Source of the DNA: an uncultured Opitutales bacterium
GTDB lineage: Bacteria; Verrucomicrobiota; Verrucomicrobiia; Opitutales; Intestinicryptomonadaceae
Reading direction: 5' to 3'
Length of the DNA stretch: 32,000 bases
Assembly: GCA_934613415.1 (NCBI GenBank)
Contig: CAKTSY010000003.1
Location: forward strand, 180,001-212,000
Under the pieces are notes generated by a model, which saw only the letters and a list, made by a program, of their open reading frames with translations, searched no databases and was not told the origin of the DNA. Below are positions 1-6,680 of this stretch, one piece after another; position 1 is the first letter of the stretch, and the number at the start of each line of letters is the position of its first letter. Made by a program: the position numbers and the translations under genes.

Positions 1-2198
1 CGAAGGCGGGCTTAAGCCTTGGCAACTATATAGAGGAAATCCGCATAGGCGTAAACGAAGTAGACGGCGCATACTCGGCAAGCGGCATTGTTTCGGAACT
101 TAAAAAGAATACAAAGCTTGTTGTAGGCTCCGACAAATACGAATCCCACACGGGCAACTATGTTGGCGACGTTAACAACGCGGGCGACTTTGTAATTTAT
201 GGCGGCAATTTCTACGGCGTTGGCACCATAAACAACGCCGCCGACAGCGAAAATATCGGCCAGGTTCGCATTGGCTCGAACGGCTCGGTAAAATCGCTAA
301 ATGTTGCAGGCGGCACATTGCAATATGGCGGCGCCGAAGTAGACGGCAAAATAACGCTCGACAATGTTGCGTTTAAAACCTCTAGCACAAATACAAAGCT
401 GAACTTTACGGCCAACAGCTCTATAGACGCCACAACAAACCAGTTTTGGGTAAACTTTGCGCCCACCGCAGGCGGCAACCCCGCTTACGACGGCGTAAAG
501 ACAGCCGACGTAAATATGCTTGGCGTATACAATCTAAAGGGCACTGGCGAATATGGCGACCTTTACAATAACGGCCGCTCCATTCAACAAGTGCTTATTG
601 CCGGCAACAACATTGCCATAAACGAAATTAACTTCCTGGGTAATTTCAATATGACAAAGGCCACTATCGACTACGGCAACATGATTTCGGCAAACAACAG
701 CCTGAACATAAACAAGCTTTCTATTACATCGGACAGCTACACCGTAGGCACGCAATACCTCTTGGTAAGGTCGGCAAACGAAATGAACATTGGCTCGCTC
801 GACTTTATTGGGGCAAAAAGCGCAGCCGAAGCCACAAGTAATGTAAACTACATTCGCATATTCAACTGGTTTAACGGCGTAACGGCAAAGATAGGCAATA
901 TCAACGTTACTGGCTACTCTAACAATGCCGACTTGATAGGGTTTCACAGCACTTCCAGTTTGGAAATCGGCAACTTGAATATAGAAAGAACGTTTAGAAT
1001 AGACCATGAACAAAACCCGAACATAAGTAGTTACCAGGGCACAGAAGCTACCATCGGCAACATACAAAGCAGCCTTATAAGCAATTCGGGCTATTCTAAT
1101 TGGTACTTAAGGTCGTTAACCGTTACGGGCGATGCCGCGTTTTCGAACGCCACTGGCAAAGAGCACTATACAATGATTAGATTGTTCAAGAATGCCGATT
1201 TCCAAGGCACGCTTACAGTTGGCGGCGAAAGCGACACCGCCACAACCTTTGTATTATTCGAAAATAAAACCTATGTAAAAGACAGCAAAACAGGCGAAGT
1301 TATAGACGAACGCCAAACCCACACATTCAACAACGTTGTGGTAAACCAAAAGGGCATAGTTTACTTTTCGGGCAATAGAGCCGACGACAACGGTTTCGAT
1401 ACAACTGTAAATTCGCTGACATCAAAAGGCAATGTCCGCTTTGGTTGCGGCACTAATGTAGACACCATCGCAAAAATCGGCACACTTAACGGCATAGGCG
1501 GCACTTTGGGTGCCTACGGCGAAGTTGGCCGCGGGTTAACACTTGTTTTGGGTACCGATACTGCGGGAACAAGCATATACTACGGCACTGTTTTCGACAA
1601 TACTCACGAAAACGACGTTGTAAGCATTGTTAAAAACGGCGCGAACCGCCAAATTTTGGCAGGCGCAGACAACAACATTAAGGGCACAATTACCGTAAAC
1701 GAAGGCGTATTGGGCTTTGCTTCTAAATCGAAAGTTGCAAGCGTTAACCTAAACGGCGGCGAATTTGCAAGCTGGAACAGCTCTTCGGCAGGCGATCTTA
1801 GCATTGGCACGCTTAATATGAACGGAGGCAAATTGCACTTCGATTTTAACACGGGGCTAAACTCGGCGTTGTCTTTGGCAAAAAACAGCGACTTGATTGG
1901 CAGCATATTGTCTAGCGACTTTACATTTGCCAACATTGTAGCCGATACTTCATACATACTCTTTAGCTTTGAAGACGGCTCTATGAACAGCTACCTGCAG
2001 GCCATTGTAGACAGCGCAGACAACGGCAAGTACGAGTATATCGACAAGGCAAGCGGCAAATACTACTTTGCCAAGTTTGCCGCTGAAGACGGCGCCGGGG
2101 AATTCAGCGTAATGTTCTCGGTTCCCGAGCCTTCCACCTGGGCGGCAATTTTCGGCGCATTGGCTTTGGCATTTGCCATATACCGCCGCCGCAAGTAA
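1..2198 (+). CDS. PEP-CTERM-anchored beta-helix / autotransporter-repeat surface protein, 5' end outside window (partial)
   Basis: Frame 3 is open from the window edge. The translation KAGLSLGNYIEEIRIGVNEVDGAYSASGIVSELKKNTKLVVG... runs without a stop into the listed 318..2198 ORF, whose first codon is an internal TTG. It aligns with ...AQLTIGNYVEETRIGVNQMGETYESNGLVSELKSGTVLTLG... inside the 3679..6501 paralog, so the true start is upstream of the window. The protein is N/G/T-rich and cysteine-poor with quasi-periodic segments typical of parallel beta-helix passengers. IVKNGANRQILAGADNNIKGTITVNEGVLGF fits the autotransporter-associated beta-strand (PATR) repeat. The C-terminus VPEPSTWAAIFGALALAFAIYRRRK is a PEP motif plus hydrophobic helix plus basic tail, i.e. 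a PEP-CTERM sorting signal. Confidence 0.85.
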   Translation, partial: KAGLSLGNYIEEIRIGVNEVDGAYSASGIVSELKKNTKLVVGSDKYESHTGNYVGDVNNAGDFVIYGGNFYGVGTINNAADSENIGQVRIGSNGSVKSLNVAGGTLQYGGAEVDGKITLDNVAFKTSSTNTKLNFTANSSIDATTNQFWVNFAPTAGGNPAYDGVKTADVNMLGVYNLKGTGEYGDLYNNGRSIQQVLIAGNNIAINEINFLGNFNMTKATIDYGNMISANNSLNINKLSITSDSYTVGTQYLLVRSANEMNIGSLDFIGAKSAAEATSNVNYIRIFNWFNGVTAKIGNINVTGYSNNADLIGFHSTSSLEIGNLNIERTFRIDHEQNPNISSYQGTEATIGNIQSSLISNSGYSNWYLRSLTVTGDAAFSNATGKEHYTMIRLFKNADFQGTLTVGGESDTATTFVLFENKTYVKDSKTGEVIDERQTHTFNNVVVNQKGIVYFSGNRADDNGFDTTVNSLTSKGNVRFGCGTNVDTIAKIGTLNGIGGTLGAYGEVGRGLTLVLGTDTAGTSIYYGTVFDNTHENDVVSIVKNGANRQILAGADNNIKGTITVNEGVLGFASKSKVASVNLNGGEFASWNSSSAGDLSIGTLNMNGGKLHFDFNTGLNSALSLAKNSDLIGSILSSDFTFANIVADTSYILFSFEDGSMNSYLQAIVDSADNGKYEYIDKASGKYYFAKFAAEDGAGEFSVMFSVPEPSTWAAIFGALALAFAIYRRRK

Positions 2199-2208
2199 GC
2201 TAAAAACT
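1551..2208 (+). repeat. Copy 1 of a ~0.66 kb near-identical direct repeat (3' cassette of the PEP-CTERM genes)
   Basis: Manual alignment with 5854..6511 shows a constant offset of 4303 nt and no indels. It contains identical runs of about 70 nt (acttcatacatactctttagc...gtagacagcg) and about 57 nt (ggcaaattgcacttcgatttt...ctttggcaaaa). Identity continues through the stop codon into 'taagctaaaa'. Confidence 0.9.
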
Positions 2209-2220
2209 ACATAAAAAGCA

Positions 2221-2253
2221 AAAAGCCTTTCGGTTTTCCCGAAAGGCTTTTTT
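2221..2253 (+). terminator. Rho-independent terminator after the first PEP-CTERM gene
   Basis: aaaagcctttcgg (2221..2233) pairs with ccgaaaggctttt (2239..2251) around a 5-nt loop ttttc. A run of T follows through 2253. It lies 23 nt after the stop codon. Confidence 0.7.
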
Positions 2254-2295
2254 GTTGCCCCTTTTTAGCATTGTATATGTTGTATAACTTGCTCT

Positions 2296-2324
2296 AACTA
2301 CTAGTTTTTATAAAAATGGTAGTT
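2296..2324. promoter_or_regulatory. AT-rich imperfect palindrome in the araC-family gene upstream region (candidate operator)
   Basis: aactac-tag-tttttataaaaa-tg-gtagtt: 6-bp outer arms aactac/gtagtt enclose a perfect 12-bp palindrome tttttataaaaa. It is AT-rich, so chance occurrence is not negligible. Confidence 0.3.
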
Positions 2325-2450
2325 TCAACACAATGGCGTAATATATAAGATATTACAAAAAATATTATACCGTTTTTTACCGCGCATTTCAATGCGACAA
2401 TAAAAAGATAGTATTGCATTTGCCATCTAAAAGATAGATAAAATCATAGT

Positions 2451-3383
2451 ATGCAAAACAAAGAGTATCAGTGGAAAATTTTTAGCGACAAGCAGCTTAA
2501 GCTTTGGCCGCCTAATAACATACCCACATATCTTAATTTTGCGGAGGAAAGCTTTTTCCATAAATCGCTTGATTGGGGGCAAAACGTGGCATTCCCTCCC
2601 GCGTTTACAAACAAAATTTGGGAAAAGTTTTCGATACTGTCGCTAGGGCACGTTTGCCACACAAAGGGCTTTTACCACTCGCGCCAGCAAAACCCATACA
2701 TAGATATAATATGGGTTGTAAGCGGCAAATTGGGTGCAAAATTCGGCAAAACAAAGATTGCTTTAACAAGAGGGCAAATGCTTGTAGTTGCGCCAAACTG
2801 CGCATGCGACACATTTGTAAACGGCAAAAGCGCGTTTGTGTATTGGGCGCACCTAAAGCCCTGCAAACAGTGGCAATGCCTGCAAAAAAAACAGCCTTTT
2901 ACGCTTAATTTAAACTGCCCAAACCAGCTTACAAACATTTTGCAAGGCTACGAACTAGAGCTTTTTTCGCAAACGCCCTCGCCTTTTGTTTTAGAGCAGT
3001 TTGCGGGCATTTTTGCCCATATCTTAAAAAGGCAGGTCTGCAAAAAGCTTGGCAACCCCGAAGAGCAAAGCCCCAACCCTTTGCAGCTCTATGCCCAAAA
3101 CATAGCGCAAAACCCAAAAGACGCCTTATCCAAAAAAAATTGCGCCCAAAAGTTCGGCATTACCCAAAGGCAAATCGACAAATTTTTTGCCGACAATTTT
3201 TCGCTTAGCTACAGCAAATATGTTTTGGCAAAAAAGATGGCAAAGGCTTTGGAATATTTAAAAGAGCCCCTCACCCACGCGCAAATTGCGCAAAAACTGG
3301 GCTATGCGAATGCCTATTCGTTTTCAAAGGCATTCCGCATATTTTATAAAAAGTCGCCAAAATTTGTAAAAGCGCAAATGTAG
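2451..3383 (+). CDS. AraC/XylS-family transcriptional regulator
   Basis: The C-terminal double HTH is characteristic of AraC (…QRQIDKFFADNFSLSYSKYVLAKKMAKALEYL…THAQIAQKLGYANAYSFSKAFRIFYKKSPKFV). The N-terminal ~150 aa look like a cupin-type ligand domain (IIWVVSGKLGAKFGKTKIALTRGQMLVVAPN). ATG start, intact ORF. Confidence 0.85.
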   Translation: MQNKEYQWKIFSDKQLKLWPPNNIPTYLNFAEESFFHKSLDWGQNVAFPPAFTNKIWEKFSILSLGHVCHTKGFYHSRQQNPYIDIIWVVSGKLGAKFGKTKIALTRGQMLVVAPNCACDTFVNGKSAFVYWAHLKPCKQWQCLQKKQPFTLNLNCPNQLTNILQGYELELFSQTPSPFVLEQFAGIFAHILKRQVCKKLGNPEEQSPNPLQLYAQNIAQNPKDALSKKNCAQKFGITQRQIDKFFADNFSLSYSKYVLAKKMAKALEYLKEPLTHAQIAQKLGYANAYSFSKAFRIFYKKSPKFVKAQM

Positions 3384-3575
3384 CGGCAAAGCCATGCGCA
3401 CTTTTTTGCGGCCTTATTTTTGTTATAAAACGAAACACTTTTAGCCAAAAATATAACCGATTTACTTTGCATTTTAATCAATAAACAAGCCGCGTTTGTT
3501 TAAATCGAAAAACCGCATAAAATACGCCGGTTTTATTCGTATCTTGCTATATATCAATATTTGCAGTTCCAGTTC

Positions 3576-3588
3576 AAAAAAAAAAAAA
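3576..3588. repeat. A13 homopolymer tract upstream of the second PEP-CTERM gene
   Basis: Thirteen consecutive A were counted directly (agttc-A13-tgatttgaca). It ends 4 nt before a TTGACA hexamer at 3593..3598 and about 90 nt before the ATG at 3679. It is the longest homopolymer I found in the window. Confidence 0.95.
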
Positions 3589-3678
3589 TGATTTGACAGC
3601 GTGCAATAAAACAATTTACATATTAAACGTTTTAAAGATTTAGCTAATTTTTCAAGATTAACACATATAACAACAAAA

Positions 3679-6501
3679 ATGAAAAACATATCAAAAATAC
3701 TGGCAGTTTTGCCTATTCTTGCAGCGTCTTCGGCATTTGCCGAAAGCTATGTTTACATGCAAACAGCAAGTTCCGGCCACACAGCCTACAACAACGGCTC
3801 GTGGTATAAAGCTTCCGATGTTCTTGGTGCCGACGGCAAAATAGACACATCGTTAATCCCCAATGTAGGCAGAGCTGGCATTGCAAAGCCTACTATAAAC
3901 GACGATGTATTCTTCGGAACCTATGTAGGTTCGGCTTCGGGCGAATCTACATTGGTAAATAAAAACGGCGAAACCGTTTATACAATGACGAATATGCTTC
4001 ACAACGCAAATTCGCCAGTTACGGCTAAAAACCTTACTTTTAATTTCGACTACTCTCAAACTTTTAGAGGCACAACTCCTTCCGACTATAATTTTCAGAC
4101 TCCCGACGACGGCACAACAACCGAAACTAACAACAGCATAACCGTTACCGACACCCTTTCGGTTTTGGGCGGCAAGGCAGTTAATTTCTTCGGGCAGTCG
4201 AACCTAACCGAAACCGGCAGGTTCCGCAACTACAAGCTTATAGACTTAGGTCGCGTATATTTGGAAACAACCGACACAACATCGGAAAGCGCAAAGGCGC
4301 AGTTGACAATTGGCAATTATGTTGAAGAAACGCGCATTGGCGTAAACCAAATGGGCGAAACGTACGAATCGAACGGTTTGGTTTCGGAGCTTAAAAGCGG
4401 AACCGTTCTTACCCTTGGCGGCGTAAACTACAACAACCACACCGGCATTTATTTGGGCGATGCAAACAACGCAGGCACAATCAAAATAAACGGCGGCACG
4501 TTCTACAACGTAGGCACAATAGAAAATAGCGGCGAACTTCAAATAAGAAACAATGCCGTTGTTAAAAACGCAACCGTAAACGGCGGCTCTTTCCGCATGG
4601 AAGGCGGCAGCTTGGACGGCACAATTAACCTTACAAACGCGTCGTTTTCTACCAAAAACGGCTTTGCCGCAAACTTTGGCGACAACACTGTTGTAAACGC
4701 AACCGTTAAAGACGGCTTTTGGGTGAACTTTAACGCGACGGCAGGCTCTGCCCCGAACTACGACGGCAACAGAACCCAAGATGTTGTAATGGGCGGCGTA
4801 TACAACCTTAAAGGCTCGGGCGAATACCTAACCTACAGCGACAACAGAGTAATTCAGCAAGTTTACATTGCGGGCAAAACCGTAAAGATTAACGAATTGA
4901 ACTTGTTGGGCAACTTTGCCTGCAACGGCGGTGTAGACCTTAATATGACGGTTATGGCAAGCAACGGCATAGACATCAATAAAATGACTATTGCAGGTTC
5001 CGACAGCACTGCGGTTGATGCGGCAAAGAACCAGATGGGCAGAATTACATCGAACGGCAACATAAACATCGGTTCGCTGGAATTTAAGGGCGGTGCCGAT
5101 GCCGACAACAAGTTGGGCAAGATAGAATTCCGTATCTACAACAACAATAGCGACGAAAACCAAGTAAGCATTAACGACTTAAAGTTTACGGGCTATTCTT
5201 CCGACGGCAACTACTTAAGCCTATTCGGCACACGCAACATAACGGTAGGCAATATATTTGCCGAAAAGACATTCAGCTTTCAGCAGGAACACCATAGCGG
5301 CAATGCCTCGTTTTACCCCGGCACGGTTGCCAAGTTTGGCAACATTACATTAAACCAAACAAACTACACGGGCGACTTTTCGCTGTTCAACCTAAAACAA
5401 ATGGACATTTCTGGCACGGTTTCGCTAAAGAATGTTGCCGGCAGCAAAATGCTTTATGTAGATTTCTACACCTACGTTAACACCAACATAGAAAATCTTG
5501 TTGTTGGCGGCAGCGATTCGTTGGGAACAATGTGCGCGCGCTTCTACGGCAGAAACTATCCCACTTCTGAGAGCACCAGCGAAGACCTGCGCACAACCGA
5601 CAACTTCGGCACTGTTACCGTAAACCAAAAGGGCACGGTTTACTTTGGCGGCAGGCAGAACAACGGCGAAGAATTTTCTACCATAATTAAAAGTGCTACG
5701 ATTAACGACGGCACAATGTTCTTCGGCCAAGACACAAAGGCAGGCGAAACATTTGCGGTCAAAATCGGCGCGCTTGCGGGCGCAAGCGGTCAAGTTGGCA
5801 TGTACGACTCTTCAACCCAAAATGCCGACAAAAGAACCCTTAACCTTACATTGGGCACCGACACTGCGGGAACAAGCGTATTCTACGGTCGCGTTCACGA
5901 CACAATGCACGCCAACGACTATATCAATATAGTTAAAAACGGCGCAAACACCCAAATCTTGGCGGCGCAAAACAACTCAATTAAGGGCACAATTACCGTA
6001 AACGAAGGTGTATTGGGCTATGCTTCTAGCAACAAGGTTGAATCTGTTGCCGTAAACGGCGGCGAATTTGCAAGCTGGAACAGCTCGTCTATGTCGGACC
6101 TTAGCATTGGTACGCTTAATATGAACGGCGGCAAATTGCACTTCGATTTTAACACGGGGCTAAACTCGGCGTTGTCTTTGGCAAAAGGCGGCGACATTAT
6201 CGGCAACATATTGTCTAGCGACTTTACATTTGCCAACATTGTAACCGACACTTCATACATACTCTTTAGCTTTGAAGACGGCTCTATGAACAGCTACCTG
6301 CAGGCCATTGTAGACAGCGAAGACAACGGCAAATACGAGTATATAGACAAAGCAAGCGGCAAATACTACTTTGCCAAGTTTGCCGCTGAAGACGGCACCG
6401 GGGAATTCAGCGTAATGTTCTCGGTTCCAGAACCTTCTACCTGGGCGGCAATTTTCGGCGCGTTGGCGTTGGCGTTGGCAATATACCGCCGCCGCAAGTA
6501 A
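3679..6501 (+). CDS. PEP-CTERM-anchored beta-helix / autotransporter-repeat surface protein (full length, 940 aa)
   Basis: The N-terminal signal peptide is MKNISKILAVLPILAASSAFA-E. The long N/G/T-rich passenger has periodic beta-helix-like segments (NGGTFYNVGTIENSGELQIRNNAVVKNATVNGGSFRMEGGSLDGTINLTNASF). The PATR-type repeat is IVKNGANTQILAAQNNSIKGTITVNEGVLGY. The C-terminal signal is VPEPSTWAAIFGALALALAIYRRRK (PEP-CTERM). It is a paralog of the 1..2198 gene along the whole alignable length. Confidence 0.9.
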   Translation: MKNISKILAVLPILAASSAFAESYVYMQTASSGHTAYNNGSWYKASDVLGADGKIDTSLIPNVGRAGIAKPTINDDVFFGTYVGSASGESTLVNKNGETVYTMTNMLHNANSPVTAKNLTFNFDYSQTFRGTTPSDYNFQTPDDGTTTETNNSITVTDTLSVLGGKAVNFFGQSNLTETGRFRNYKLIDLGRVYLETTDTTSESAKAQLTIGNYVEETRIGVNQMGETYESNGLVSELKSGTVLTLGGVNYNNHTGIYLGDANNAGTIKINGGTFYNVGTIENSGELQIRNNAVVKNATVNGGSFRMEGGSLDGTINLTNASFSTKNGFAANFGDNTVVNATVKDGFWVNFNATAGSAPNYDGNRTQDVVMGGVYNLKGSGEYLTYSDNRVIQQVYIAGKTVKINELNLLGNFACNGGVDLNMTVMASNGIDINKMTIAGSDSTAVDAAKNQMGRITSNGNINIGSLEFKGGADADNKLGKIEFRIYNNNSDENQVSINDLKFTGYSSDGNYLSLFGTRNITVGNIFAEKTFSFQQEHHSGNASFYPGTVAKFGNITLNQTNYTGDFSLFNLKQMDISGTVSLKNVAGSKMLYVDFYTYVNTNIENLVVGGSDSLGTMCARFYGRNYPTSESTSEDLRTTDNFGTVTVNQKGTVYFGGRQNNGEEFSTIIKSATINDGTMFFGQDTKAGETFAVKIGALAGASGQVGMYDSSTQNADKRTLNLTLGTDTAGTSVFYGRVHDTMHANDYINIVKNGANTQILAAQNNSIKGTITVNEGVLGYASSNKVESVAVNGGEFASWNSSSMSDLSIGTLNMNGGKLHFDFNTGLNSALSLAKGGDIIGNILSSDFTFANIVTDTSYILFSFEDGSMNSYLQAIVDSEDNGKYEYIDKASGKYYFAKFAAEDGTGEFSVMFSVPEPSTWAAIFGALALALAIYRRRK

Positions 6502-6511
6502 GCTAAAAGAT
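5854..6511 (+). repeat. Copy 2 of the ~0.66 kb near-identical direct repeat
   Basis: See 1551..2208. By my manual alignment the last ~145 codons of the two genes differ at only about ten residues, whereas the upstream parts are much more diverged. Confidence 0.9.
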
Positions 6512-6534
6512 TTTTGTTGTTAATCCCCAATAAT

Positions 6535-6572
6535 AGAGCCTTTCGGGAAACCGGAAGGCTCTTTCCTTTTCT
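6535..6572 (+). terminator. Rho-independent terminator after the second PEP-CTERM gene
   Basis: agagcctttcgg (6535..6546) pairs with ccggaaggctct (6551..6562) in a 12-bp stem with one G-U pair, closed by a GAAA tetraloop. A T-rich tail ttccttttctt follows. Confidence 0.65.
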
Positions 6573-6680
6573 TGCAGCGCAATGCAAAAAATTTTGCCTT
6601 GCAAAGAACGCCTTAAAAAAATTTGAAATCTGTGTTTGCCTGCAGCGCAAGTTTTTTTATATATTTGCAGACCATATTTT

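Noticed and set aside
534-1067. Long antisense ORFs inside confidently assigned genes (534..1067, 4246..4779, 4828..5163, 8914..9567, 10964..11464, 19736..20200, 24604..25290, 27011..27616, 28515..29003 and similar)
   Set aside because: They lie opposite strongly supported genes (PEP-CTERM proteins, ahcY, folD, argS and others). Their composition is V/A/R/C/F-rich, typical of reverse-frame translation, and they have no recognisable motifs. They are artefacts of the codon composition of the sense genes.
3474-3689. 71-aa ORF on the minus strand in the araC / PEP-CTERM intergenic region
   Set aside because: It is an F/I/K/L-rich translation of AT-rich promoter DNA that spans the A13 tract (read as FFFF) and overlaps the start of the 3679 gene. 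It has no motif or signal supporting a real gene.
3679-6501. Abundance of N-x-S/T sequons (e.g. DLNMT) in the PEP-CTERM proteins as a hint of N-linked glycosylation
   Set aside because: The proteins are extremely N-, S- and T-rich, so sequons are expected by composition. Only an occasional site has the acidic -2 residue required by PglB-type systems, and no glycosylation genes are in the window.
1551-6511. Possible diversity-generating retroelement (template/variable repeat pair), given two near-identical repeats at the 3' ends of surface-protein genes
   Set aside because: The mismatches between the copies are not adenine-specific; c->t, g->a, t->g, a->g and others all occur. Both copies are in full-length coding genes. 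No reverse transcriptase or accessory gene is present in the window.
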